A stretch of 64,000 nt of DNA. It comes from Eledone cirrhosa (lineage: Eukaryota). The translations under genes and the position numbers were made by a program. Below are positions 37,401 to 49,814 of this stretch, one piece after another. The stretch spans positions 9,486,001 through 9,550,000 of the forward strand of contig OZ024759.1 in NCBI GenBank assembly GCA_964016885.1. Direction: 5' to 3'. Positions within the stretch are counted from its first letter, which is position 1. Every line of letters starts with the position of its first letter. The notes beneath the pieces were generated by a model that worked only from the letters and a program-made list of their open reading frames with translations, was not told the origin of the DNA and did not search any database.

Positions 37401-38426
37401 TTCTTGTGTGCCTCTGTATGTCTTTATCTTGTCCTTAATTAGTTTAGTTCTTGTGTGTCTCTGTATGTCTTTATCTTGTCCTTAATTAGTTTAGTTCTTG
37501 TGTGTCTCTGTATGTCTTTATCTTGCCCTTAATTAGTTTAGTTCTTGTGTGTCTCTGTATATCTTTATCTTGTCCTTAATTAGTTTAGTTCTTCTGTGTC
37601 TCTGTATGTCTTTATCTTGTCCTTAATTAGTTTAGTTCTTGTGTGCCTCTGTATGTCTTTATCTTGTCCTTAATTAGTTTAGTTCTTGTGTGCCTCTGTA
37701 TGTCTTTATCTTGTCCTTAATTAGTTTAGTTCTTGTGTGTCTCTGTATATCTTTATCTTGTCCTTAATTAGTTTAGTTCTTGTGTGCCTCTGTACGTCTT
37801 TATCTTGTCCTTAATTAGTTTAGTTCTTCTGTGTCTCTATACGTCTTTATCTTGTCCTTAATTAGTTTAGTTCTTCTGTGTCTCTGTATGTCTTTATTTT
37901 GTTCTTAATTAGTTTAGTTCTTGTATGTCTCTGTATGTCTTTATCTTGTCCTTAATTAGTTTAGTTCTTCTGTGTCTCTGTATGTCTTTATCTTGTCCTT
38001 AATTAGTTTAGTTCTTGTGTGTCTCTGTATGTCTTTATCTTGTCCTTAATTAGTTTAGTTCTTGTTTGCCTCTGTATGTCTTTATCTTGTCCTTAATTAG
38101 TTTAGTTCTTCTGTGTCTCTGTATGCCTTTATCTTGTCCTTAATTAGTTTAGTTCCTGTGTGTCTCTGTATGCCTTTATCTTGTCCTTAATTAGTTTAGT
38201 TCTTGTGTGTCTCTATGCCTTTATCTTGTCCTTAATTAGTTTAGTTCTTGTGTGCCTCTGTATGTCTTTATCTTGTCCTTAATTAGTTTAGTTCTTGTGT
38301 GCCTCTATATGTCTTTATCTTGTCCTTAATTAGTTTAGTTCTTGTGTGCCTCTGTATGTCTTTATCTTGTCCTTAATTAGTTTAGTTCTTCTTGTGTCTC
38401 TGTATGTCTTTATCTTGTCCTTAATT
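19463..38426 (+). repeat. Satellite array, 47-bp unit, ~400 copies (~19 kb), with higher-order repeats
   Basis: Unit gtccttaattagtttagttcttgtgtgtctctgtatgtctttatctt; period 19801->19848 = 47. Confidence 0.98.
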
Positions 38427-38920
38427 ACTAGTTGTGATGTTGCTATTCCATTCATGTTTTCTCTTTAATTTTGGTTGGAGTTTGATTATATTTGTCACAT
38501 CTGTAATCTTTCAGAGCATTGTGTCTTTTCTGTGTGGATGTAATTTTTATCTCTATGTTTTCTAGTGTTCCCCCATCTTCCATTCTGGCATGTTGGTGGA
38601 GTACTGAGTTCTTTCTATTTTGGAGTTCTCTTCAGTGTTTGTTTATCATTTCTCCTATGCTACGGGCTCTCTCACCTATGTATGTTATGTTCTTATTCCT
38701 ACACTGTCCCTATACATCTTATGCCAAATACTAACTTCCTAGTTTTACTGTTAATTTGTGGGCTTAATTTGCAAACTATATATTTCCTAACAGTGCAAGG
38801 GTTCTTTGAAATGGACATGTTTTATTAATTAGGGGTTTTAAGGGAATATCTGGTTTTTAAACTATCATAATATTTAATCTTAACTTGTCTAGGGCCCTTC
38901 GAAATCTGTAAGCTAGTTAT
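38427..38920 (-). mobile_element. Penelope-like retroelement remnant: Cys-rich linker and GIY-YIG endonuclease C-terminus
   Basis: Minus strand, with frameshifts: LAYRFRRALDKLRLNIMIV*KP...PCTVRKYIVCKL...LVFGIRC...QCRNKNITYIGERARSIGE...NSVLHQH...IKLQPKLKRKHEWNSNITTSN*. Matches the PLE pattern YIGETxRS...H...P.LN.K.E. Confidence 0.75.
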
Positions 38921-41900
38921 GGGTGGTTCTAGATGTATGTATTACCTGCTTGTATGTTGTATGTGGTCCTAGATGTATGTATTACCTGCTTGTGTGTTGT
39001 ATGTGGTCCTAGATGTATGTATTACCTGCTTGTGTGTTGTATGTAGTCCTAGATGTATGTATTACCTTCTTGTGTGTTGTATGTGGTCCTAGATGTATGT
39101 ATTACCTGCTGGTGTGTTGTATGTGGTCCTAGATGTATGTATTACCTGCTTTTGTCTTGTATGTTGTCCTAGATGTATGTATTACCTGCTTGTGTGTTGT
39201 ATGTGGTCCTAGATGTGTGTATTACCTGTTTGTGTGTTGTATGTGGTCCTAGATGTGTGAATTACCTGCTTGTGTGTTTATGTGGTCCTAGATGTGTGTA
39301 TTACCTGCTTGTGTGTTGTATGTGGTCCTAGATGTATGTATTACCTGCTTGTGTGTTGTATGTGGTCCTAGATATATGTATTACCTGCTTGTGTGTTGTA
39401 TGTGGTCCTAGATGTGTCTATTACCTGCTTGTGTGTTGTATGTGGTCCTAGATGTATGTATTACCTGCTTGTGTGTTGTATGTGGTCCTAGATGTGTGTA
39501 ATACCTGCTGGTGTGTTGTATGTGGTCCTAGATGTGTGAATTACCTGCTTATGTGCTGTATGTGGTCCTAGATGTGTGAATTACCTGCGTGTGTGTTGTA
39601 TGTGGTCCTATATGTATGTATTACCTGCTTGTGTGTTGTATGTGGTCCTAGATGTGTGTATTACCTGCTTGTGTGTTGTATGTGGTCCTAGATGTGTGTA
39701 TTACCTGCTTGTGTGTTGTATGTGGTCCTAGATGTGTGTATTACCTGCTTCTGTGTTGTATATGGTCCTATATGTATGTATTACCTGCTTGTGTGTTGTA
39801 TATAGTCCTAGATGTGTGTATTACCTGCTTGTGTGCTGTATGTGGTCCTAGATGTGTGTATTACCTGCTTGTGTGTTGTATGTGGTCCTAGATGTGTCTA
39901 TTACCTGCTTGTGTGTTGTATGTGGTCCTAGATGTGTGTATTACCTGCTTGTGTGTTGTATGTGGTCCTGCTTGTGTGTTGTATGTAGTCCTAGATATAG
40001 GTATTACCTGCTTGTGTGTTGTATATGGTCCTAGATATATGTATTACCTGATTGTGTTGTATGTGGTCCTAGATGTGTGTATTACCTGCTTGTGTGTTGT
40101 ATGTGATCCTAGATGTATGTATTACCAGCTTGTGTGTTGTATGTGGTCCTAGATGTATGTATTACCTGCTTGTGTGTTGTATGTGGTCCTAGATGTATGT
40201 ACTACCTGCTTGTGTGTTGTATGTGGTCCTAGATGTGTGTATTACCTGCTTGTGTGTTTATGTGGTCCTAGATGTATGTATTACCCACTTGTGTGTTGTA
40301 TGTGGTCCTAGATGTATGTATTACCTTCTTGTGTGCTGTATGTGGTCCTAGATGTATGTATTACCTGCTTGTGTGTTGTATATGGTCCTAGATGTATGTA
40401 TTAGCTGCTTGTGTGTTGTATGTGGTCCTAGATGTGTGTATTACCTGCTTGTGTGTTGTATGTGGTCCTAGGTGTGTCTATTACCTGCTTGTGTGTTGTA
40501 TGTGGTCCTAGATGTATTACCTGCTTGTGTGTTGTATGTGGTCCTAGATGTATGTATTACCTGCTTGTGTGTTGTATATGGTCCTAGATATAGGTATTAC
40601 CTGCTTGTGTGTTCTATGTGGTCCTAGATGTGTGTATTACCTGCTTGTGTGTTGTATGTGGTCCTAGATGTGTGTATTACCAGCTTGTGTGTTGTATGTG
40701 GTCCTAGATGTGTGTATTACCTGCTTGTGTGTTGTATGTGGTCCTAGATGTATGTATTACCTGCTTCTGTGTTGTGTGTGGTCCTAGGTGTGTGTATTAC
40801 CTGCTTGTGTGTTGTATGTGGTCCTAGATGTGTGTATTACCTGCTTGTGTGTTGTATGTGGTCCTAGATGTATGTATTACCTGCTTCTGGGTTGTATGTG
40901 GTCCTAGGTGTGTGTATTACCTGCTTGTGTGTTGTATGTGGTCCTAGATGTGTGTATTACCTGCTTGTGTGTTGTATGTGGTCCTAGATGTATGTATTAC
41001 CTGCTTCTGGGTTGTATGTGGTCCTAGCTGTGTGTATTACCTGCTTGTGTGTTGTATGTGGTCCTAGATGTGTCTATTACCTGCTTGTGTGTTGTATGTG
41101 GTCCTAGATGTTTGTATTACCTGTTTGTGTGCTGTATGTGGTCCTAGATGTGTCTATTACCTGCTTGTGTGTTGTATGTGGTCCTAGATGTGTGTATTAC
41201 CTGCTTGTGTGTTGTATGTGGTCCTAGATGTGTGTATTACCTGTTTGTGTGTTGTATGTGGTCCTAGATGTGTGTATTACCTGCTTGTATGTTGTATGTG
41301 GTCCTAGATATATTTCTTACCTGCTGGTGTGTTGTATGTGGTCCTAGATGTATGTATTACCAGCTTGTGTGTTGTATGTGGTCCTAGATGTATGTATTAC
41401 CAGCTTGTGTGTTGTATGTGGTCCTAGATGTATGTATTACCAGCTTGTGTGTTGTATGTGGTCCTAGATATATGTCTTACCTGCTGGTGTGTTGTATGTG
41501 GTCCTAGATGTGTGTATTACCTGCTTGTATGTGGTATGTGGTCCTAGATGTGTGTATTACCTGCTTATGTGTTGTATGTGGTCCTAGATGTGTCTATTAC
41601 CTGCTTGTGTGTTGTATGTGGTCCTAGATGTGTGTATTACCTGCTTGTGTGTTGTATGTGGTCCTAGATGTGTGTATTATCTGCTTGTATGTTGTATGTG
41701 GTCCTAGATGTTTGTATTACCTGCTTGTGTGTTGTATGTGGTCCTAGATGTATGTATTACCTGCTTGTGTGTTGTATGTGGTCCTAGATGTATGTATTAC
41801 CTGCTTGTGTGTTGTATGTGGCCCTAGATGTGTGTACTACCTGCTTCTATGTTGTATGTCGTCCTAGATGTATGTATTACCTGCTTGTGTGTTGTATGTG

Positions 41901-44900
41901 GTCCTAGATGTGTCTATTACCTGCTTGTATGTTGTATGTGGTCCTAGATGTGTGTATTACCTGCTTGTGTGTTGTATGTGGTCCTAGATGTGTGTATTAC
42001 CTGCTGGTGTGTTGTATGTGGTCCTAGATGTATGTATTATCTGCTTGTATGTTGTATGTGGTCCTAGATATATGTATTACCTGTTTGTGTTTTGTATGTG
42101 ATCCTAGATGTGTGTATTACCTGCTGGTGTGTTGTATGTGGTCCTAGATGTGTGTATTACCTGTTTGTGTGTTGTATGTGGTCCTAGATGTGTGTATTAC
42201 CTGCTGGTGTGTTGTATTTGGTCCTAGATGTATGTATTATCTGCTTGTGTGTTGTATGTGGTCCTAGATGTATGTATTACCTGCTTGTATGTTGTATGTG
42301 GTCCTAGATGTGTGTATTACCTGCTGGTGTGTTGTATGTGGTCCTAGATGTGTGTATTACCTGCTTGTGTGTTGTATGTGGTCCTAGATGTGTGTATTAC
42401 CTGCTTGTGTGTTGTTTGTGGTCCTAGATGTATGTATTACCTGCTTGTGTGATGTATGTGGTCCGAGATGTGTGTATTACCTGTTTGTGTGTTGTATATG
42501 GTCCTAGATATAGGTATTACCTTCTTGTGTGTTGTATGTGGTCCTAGGTGTGTCTATTACCTGCTTGTGTGTTGTATGTGGTCCTAGATGTATGTATTAC
42601 CTGCTTGTGTGTTTTATATGGTCCTAGATATAGGTATTACCTGCTTGTGTGTTCTATGTGGTCCTAGATGTGTGTATTACCTGCTTGTGTGTTGTATGTG
42701 GTCCTAGATGTGTGTATTACCAGCTTGTGTGTTGTATGTGGTCCTAGATGTGTGAATTACCTGCTTGTGTGTTGTATGTGGTCCTAGATGTATGTATTAC
42801 CTGCTTCTGTGTTGTATGTGGTCCTAGGTGTGTGTATTACCTGCTTGTGTGTTGTATGTGGTCCTAGATGTGTGTATTACCTGCTTGTGTGTTGTATGTG
42901 GTCCTAGATGTATGTATTACCTGCTTGTATGTTGTATGTGGTTCTAGATGTGTGTATTACCTGCTTGTGTGTTGTATGTGGTCCTAGATGTATGTATTAC
43001 CTGCTTCTGTGTTGTATGTGGTCCTAGGTGTGTGTATTACCTGCTTGTGTGTTGTATGTGGTCCTAGATGTGTCTATTACCTGCTTGTGTGTTGTATGTG
43101 GTCCTAGATGTTTGTATTACCTCTTTGTGTGCTGTATGTGGTCCTAGATGTGTCTATTACCTGCTTGTGTGTTGTATGTGGTCCTAGATGTGTGTATTAC
43201 CTGCTTGTGTGTTGTATGTGGTCCTAGATGTGTGTATTACCTGTTTGTGTGTTGTATTTGGTCCTAGATGTGTGTATTACCTGCTTGTGTGTTGTATGTG
43301 GTCCTAGATGTATGTATTACCTGCTTTTGTGTTGTATGTGGTCCTAGATGTGTGTATTACCTGCTTGTGTGTTGTATGTGGTCCTAGATGTGTGTATTAC
43401 CTGCTGGTGTGTTGTATGTGGTCCTAGATGTGTGTATTACCTTCTTATGTGTTGTATGTGGTCCTAGATGTGTGTATTACCTGCTTGTATGTTGTATGTG
43501 GTCCTAGATGTATGTATTACCTGCTTGTGTGTTGTATGTGGTCCTAGATGTGTGTATTACCTGCTGGTTTGTTGTATGTGGTCCTAGATGTGTGTATTAC
43601 CGGTTTGTGTGTTGTATGTGGTCCTAGATGTATGTATTATCTGCTTGTGTGTTGTATGTGGTTCTAGATGTGTGTATTACCTGCTTGTGTGTTGTATGTG
43701 GTCCTAGATGTATGTATTACCTGCTTCTGTGTTGTATGTGGTCCTAGGTGTGTGTATTACCTGCTTGTGTGTTGTATGTGGTCCTAGATGTGTCTATTAC
43801 CTGCTTGTGTGTTGTATGTGGTCCTAGATGTTTGTATTACCTCTTTGTGTGCTGTATGTGGTCCTAGATGTTTGTATTACCTCTTTGTGTGCTGTATGTG
43901 GTCCTAGATGTGTCTATTACCTGCTTGTGTGTTGTATGTGGTCCTAGATGTGTGTATTACCTGCTTGTGTGTTGTATGTGGTCCTAGATGTGTGTATTAC
44001 CTGTTTGTGTGTTGTATGTGGTCCTAGATGTATGTATTACCTGCTTGTGTGTTGTATGTGGTCCTAGATGTGTGTATTACCTGCTGGTGTGTTGTATGTG
44101 GTCCTAGATGTGTGTATTACCGGTTTGTGTGTTGTATGTGGTCCTAGATGTATGTATTATCTGCTTGTGTGTTGTATGTGGTCCTAGATGTGTGTATTAC
44201 CTGCTTGTATGTTGTATGTGGTCCTAGATGTGTGTATTACCTGCTGGTGTGTTGTATGTGGTCCTAGATGTGTGTATTACCTGCTTGTGTGTTGTATGTG
44301 GTCCTAGATGTGTGTATTACCTGCTTGTGTGTTGTATGTGGTCCTAGATGTATGTATTACCTGCTTGTGTGTTGTATGTGGTCCTAGATGTATGTATTAC
44401 CTGCTTGTGTGTTTTATGTGGTCCTAGATGTGTGTATTACCTGCTTGTGTGTTGTATGTGGCCCTAGATGTGTGTATTACCAGCTTGTGTGTTGTATGTG
44501 GTCCTAGATGTGTGTATTACCTGCTTGTATGTTGTATGTGGTCCTAGATGTGTGTATTACCTGCTTGTGTGTTGTATATGGTCCTAGATGTGTGTATTAC
44601 CTGCTTGTATGTTGTATGTGGTCCTATATGTATGTATGACCTGCTTGTGTGTTGTTAGTGGTCCTATATGTATGTATTACCTGCTTGTGTGTTGTATGTG
44701 GTCCTAGATGTATTACCTGCTTGTGTGTTGTATGTGGTCCTAGATGTATTACCTGCTTGTGTGTTGTATGTGGTCCTTGATGTTTGTATTACCTGTTTGT
44801 GTGTTGTATGTGGTCCTAGATGTTTGTATTACCTGTTTGTGTGTTGTATGTGGTCCTAGATTTATGTATTACCTGCTTATTTGTTGTACGTGGTCCTAGA

Positions 44901-46248
44901 TATGTGTATTACCTGTTTGTGTGTTGTATGTGGTCCTAGATGTGTGTATTACCTGCTTGTGTGTTGTATGTGGTCCTAGATGTATGTATTACCTGCTTGT
45001 GTGATGTATGTGGTTCTAGATGTGTGTATTACCTCTTTGTGTGTTGTATGTGGTCCTAGATGTATGTATTACCTGTTTGTGTGTTGTATGTGGTCCTAGA
45101 TGTTTGTATTACCTGTTTGTGTGTTGTATGTGGTCCTAGATGTGTGTATTACCTGCTTGTGTGTTGTATGTGGTCCTAGATGTATGAATTACCTGCTTGT
45201 GTGATGTATGTGGTCCTAGATGTGTGTATGACCTGCTTGTGTGTTGTATGTGGTCCTAGATGTATGTATTACCTGCTTGTGTGTTGTATGTGGTCCTAAA
45301 TGTGTGTATTACCTGTTTGTGTGTTGTATGTGGTCCTAGATGTGTGTATTACGTGCTTGTGTGTTGTATGTGGTCCTATATGTATGTATTACCTGCTTGT
45401 GTGTTGTTAGTGGTCCTATATGTATGTATTACCTGCTTGTGTGTTGTATGTGGTCCTAGAATTTTGTATTACCTGTTTGTGTGTTGTATGTGGTCCTAGA
45501 TGTTTGTATTACCTGTTTGTGTGTTGTATGTGGTCCTAGATTTATGTATTACCTGCTTATGTGTTGTATGTGGTCCTAGATATGTGTATTACCTGTTTGT
45601 GTGTTGTATGTGGTCCTAGATGTATGTATTACCTGCTTAGATGTTTGTATTACCTGTTTGTGTGTTGTATGTGGTCCTAGATGTGTGTATGACCTGCTTG
45701 TGTGTTGTATGTGGTCCTAGATGTATGTATTACCTGCTTGTGTGTTGTATGTGGTCCTAAATGTGTGTATTACCTGTTTGTGTGTTGTATGTGGTCCTAG
45801 ATGTTTGTATTACGTGCTTGTGTGTTGTATGTGGTCCTAGATGTATGTATTACCTGATTGTGTTGTATGTGGTCCTAGATATATGTATTACCTGCTTGTG
45901 TGTTGTATGTGGTCCTAGATGTATGTATTACCTGCTTGAGTGTTGTATGTGGTCCTAGATGTGTGTATTACCTGTTTGTTTGTTGTATGTGGTCCTAGAT
46001 GTGTGTATTACCTGCTTGTGTATTGTATGTGGTCCTAGATGTGTGTATTACCTGCTTGTGTATTGTATGTGGTCCTAGATGTGTGTATTACCTGTTTGTG
46101 TGTTGTATGTGGTCCTAGATGTATGTATTACCTGCTTGTGTGTTGTATGTGGTCCTAGACGTGTGTATTACCTGCTTGTGTATTGTATGTGGTCCTAGAT
46201 GTGTGTATTACCTCCTTGTGTGTTTATGTGGTCCTAGATGTATGTATT
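38921..46248 (+). repeat. Satellite array, 40-bp unit, ~180 copies (~7.3 kb)
   Basis: Unit gtcctagatgtgtgtattacctgcttgtgtgttgtatgtg; the columns repeat every 120 bases (3 units). Confidence 0.98.
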
Positions 46249-46465
46249 AACTTTGTGTTTGTTTTTTTCCTTTTTTGTTGACGGTTATGCCTTAACAAAA
46301 TGTATGTATCTATCTATACACCTGCCTACCTGGGGTGTTTAGTTGCGTAGCCTATGGTAACTTAAACACTCTCGTGCATGGAATCAGCTACCTGATATCT
46401 GCTGTTCATGGTGTTCCGCTCTAACCCATGTACGTTCGTATTTGTGTTTTTGTTCAACCAAAAGA

Positions 46466-46592
46466 GATCGATAAAATAAGCACTAAGCTTTAAAAAATAT
46501 ATATACTGGGATCGATATGAGCGGCTAACCCCTTCAAGCTGATGCCCAGCATGACAGTAGTCTTGTGACTGAAACTGGTAATAACAAAAATA
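46466..46592 (+). mobile_element. SINE 3' fragment
   Basis: gatcgataaaataag...tactgggatcgat...cccttcaagctgatgcccagcatg...gactgaaac shares the gtcgataaaataaagtaccag...tactggggtcgat block with the SINEs at 49815-50360. Confidence 0.55.
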
Positions 46593-46710
46593 CTGAAAAT
46601 ATTCCCTAATTCCGTTTTATGGCTTGAGTTATTTCCCTTGGCACTGTTTTTTTTTAATTTATTTATTATGCACTTTAAAGACTGGCTTTGATGTAATTTG
46701 CAGAAAAATT

Positions 46711-46880
46711 TGGCTGTTATTTCTAGCGATTTAATCTACCACGTAGACACTGCCGTGGCTTGAGGGAATGAAGATCGGGCTGTTATTTTTAGTGATTTAA
46801 TCTACCACGTAGACACTGCCGTGGCTTGAGGGATTGAAGATCTGGCTGTTATTTCTAGCAAATTGATCTACCACGTAGAA
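46711..46880 (+). repeat. 66-bp tandem repeat, ~2.6 copies
   Basis: tggctgttatttctagcgatttaatctaccacgtagacactgccgtggcttgagggaatgaagatc at 46711, 46777 and 46843. Confidence 0.85.
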
Positions 46881-46909
46881 ACCACTTAATGTTTTTTGTC
46901 TCAGACTTC

Positions 46910-47000
46910 GATAGCGTGACTAAAGAGGAAGAGGCGGGGCGCTACTGTTATTTGAGTTATCCGCCCTTGTCGATCGCTGTTGTCGCCAGAGGTCAGGCTG
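46910..47000 (+). promoter_or_regulatory. Candidate seipin promoter (CpG-richer patch with GC box)
   Basis: gaggcggggcgc and ccgccc about 800 bp upstream of the ATG. A possible 5' UTR intron ends at ...cacttaacaacAG (47576); donor not identified. Confidence 0.35.
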
Positions 47001-47366
47001 TAGAACAACAACAACAACAACAACGTGGTTATTTGTGTGAGGAAAGTTGAACTCCCAGGAAGGACGGCTTCTTCGTCTTCTCCTCTGACAACCCCACATC
47101 ACTGCGACATTAGAAGTGGAGTTTACAACAACCGGCCGACATTACACCCTGTAAAGCCACCATTCTGTCTCAAGTGGGAACTATTTAATTCACACGTGCC
47201 TTTCTTATCTTTGACATCTTCACCTTATCATCATCTATATATCAACACACACTCACACATATATATATATATATAGACAGTATATATATATATATATATA
47301 TATACTGTCTATATATTTAGAGAGAGAGTACACACTCACACATATATATATATATATATATAGACA

Positions 47367-47404
<38 letters not shown>

Positions 47405-47428
47405 TGTCTATATATTTAGAGAGAGAGT

Positions 47429-47464
<36 letters not shown>

Positions 47465-47647
47465 TAATTGATGATGTAAGCGCTCTTTGTTTTTGTTCCA
47501 TATATATATATATATACACTGTCTCTCTAGATATATATTCATCGATTTTCGTTGATCATTCTTCACTTAACAACAGCGAAAAACGAAACTGCCAAACACC
47601 ACTATTACTGCTACTACTGCTATTACCACTACTACTACTACTGCTGT

Positions 47648-47678
<31 letters not shown>

Positions 47679-47738
47679 GCTGTTACTGCTAACAATAATA
47701 ATAGTGATCTAAATCTGTTTCTGTAATCGGAATCGACG

Positions 47739-48995
47739 ATGATTGTGGAGTGGAGCCGAATTGTTGCCAACTGGATGCAGGATACAGTACGATGGATGTA
47801 CCTACAGCTGAAGTACACCATATCCAAGATTCTCATAGCCATTACTATCTTCATAGCTCTATTATGGATAGCTTTGTTTGTCTACGGCAGCTTCTATTAT
47901 ATCTACATGCCGAGTGTGTCACACGAACGTCCCTGTAACTTTGTATTCGATGTCTGCGAAGACGGAATCGGTGTATGTTCCTTCCCCAGGGCCCGAGTTG
48001 ACCTCACAGACGACAGTAACCGCCATGTCCTCTCTTCTGGTCAACCTTACAAAATTATGTTGGTTCTCGAAGTACCGGAATCCACAGAGAACCAAAAGAC
48101 GGGCATGGTTTTGGTGAAGGCGAATTTCTACAACGAAAGCAACCATTACATACAGTCAGCATCGAAAACGACAATGTTACGATATAGATCAAATCTGTTG
48201 CATACCATCTCGACACTGTTCTACCTACCTTTCCTTATCACTGGGGCCAACGAAGAGAAGCAGGTTCTACACATTGAATTGTTCTCTAAGTATACAGAAG
48301 ACCCTTACAATCGCGCGGTAGGCGTGGATTTTTTAATACAACACAGACACATCCAACTGTATTCGGCTGTGGTGAAGATTTACGCCCATTTTACAGGTTT
48401 ACGCTATCTGATGTTTAACTGGCCGATGAGTTGCGCAGTTGGGGGCACAGGAATTGTATTAACTATACTCATCTTGTGTGCCCTGTTCGCTTGGTACAAC
48501 TATTTCAGCAGTGGTTACATATTACAGCCCACTAGCCACAGAATGTTACTGGAAGAGCGCCGACGACACATGCACGCTCGGCTTCTGCTCGAGGGCCAGA
48601 CCACACCCAACCCTCACGCCGACACCACTCAGAGAACATTCATTCAAACAAGCTCTGTTGAGTCGGTAACGACCAAGGCTGGTGATGCGTTTGGGACTGC
48701 CTACCGCCACCAAGAACAGAATCCTCCGTCTGCAGAATCTATCGGTTCTACTGTGACCACCTTGTCTCTTCATAATGTGTCATCAGCCTCTGGTACCCCT
48801 GAGTACGGAGACGGACCTCCCACAACCATCACCCATTCCACCCCACCACACGATTTACCGGACGAAAGTACTCTTGAGCTGCAGGAAAATGTTCAGACAT
48901 CGGAACTTAAATTATTATCTTCGAACGACGGCGATTCCGAACTCCGGCAAAGACATACAACCTCTCCTTCATCTTCTCCCCACTCTTCCAGCTGA
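47739..48995 (+). CDS. BSCL2: Seipin (lipid-droplet biogenesis ER protein), single coding exon, 418 aa
   Basis: TM1 followed by LFVYGSFYYIYMP, CSFPRARV, GQPYKIMLVLEVPES..N...GM, MLRYRSNLL, IQLYSA...AHFTGLRYLMFNWP, TM2, an S/T-rich tail, and the C-terminal LRQR motif also found in vertebrate seipin. Confidence 0.96.
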   Translation: MIVEWSRIVANWMQDTVRWMYLQLKYTISKILIAITIFIALLWIALFVYGSFYYIYMPSVSHERPCNFVFDVCEDGIGVCSFPRARVDLTDDSNRHVLSSGQPYKIMLVLEVPESTENQKTGMVLVKANFYNESNHYIQSASKTTMLRYRSNLLHTISTLFYLPFLITGANEEKQVLHIELFSKYTEDPYNRAVGVDFLIQHRHIQLYSAVVKIYAHFTGLRYLMFNWPMSCAVGGTGIVLTILILCALFAWYNYFSSGYILQPTSHRMLLEERRRHMHARLLLEGQTTPNPHADTTQRTFIQTSSVESVTTKAGDAFGTAYRHQEQNPPSAESIGSTVTTLSLHNVSSASGTPEYGDGPPTTITHSTPPHDLPDESTLELQENVQTSELKLLSSNDGDSELRQRHTTSPSSSPHSSS

Positions 48996-49814
48996 TCTGG
49001 GGTGGGGACGGTGAGAGAGAGACAGGGAGATAGCGACAAACTGGGAGAGCAAGAGAGAGAGAGAGAGAGAGACAGGGATACAGTGCGAAAAATGGTGAGA
49101 GAGAGAGAGAAAGAAACAACAAAATATTTTAAAATATTGTGAAGATGTTTGGAAAAAAAATACTTTTTGACATTTTTTAAAAGAATTGTTTGGTTTTAAA
49201 AATGCTGACAACTTTGTTTATTTTTCTTTGCTTCAAAGAAGAAATAATGAAACCCAAATGACCACCCATGCTGAAAATTCTACCTGGAGGGGGTGGGACA
49301 CAGTATTGCAAAGATCTGGTTATTTATTTTTTATGGTTTGTTGTTTTCTGTTTTGATTTTCTTTGCTGTTACTGCTGTTCACAATTAATTGTTATTGATT
49401 ATCGTGATCGATAAGATATCAAGTTCTGGGCTTAATTTAATCAACTTTCCATCTCCCCTATCCCCAAATTACTGGCCCTAAATTAGGCACAATTATTTGT
49501 TGTGTGGCTAAAACTGTTGATTGAACGGGTGGATTGCTAACTGAGCTGATTAGATCCACCCTTATTAAAACCATTTCTGCTTATACCTGTTAAATGGCAC
49601 TGGAAAATGCTTGAATGTCACAGCACTGTTCTATCGCCTTATCTGTTAGTTATAAGACTAAAATGCAGGCACACCTTGTCATAAAACTATTAATAAGTCC
49701 AATTTGGATATTTCAAACAACATATATAGAACCAGTTATTGACATTAATCTAAGCAACTTTCCCTTTCCTTTCAAATTTCTGGCCTTGTGCATAAATTAG
49801 AAACCATTAACACT

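Noticed and set aside
39652-45958. Cys/Val-rich ORFs (metallothionein- or keratin-like)
   Set aside because: Products of the 40-bp satellite where the TAG is mutated.
6867-46248. Regular short repeats as a possible CRISPR array
   Set aside because: Units are head-to-tail with no unique spacers, there are no cas genes, and the context is eukaryotic (spliceosomal introns, LINEs, SINEs).
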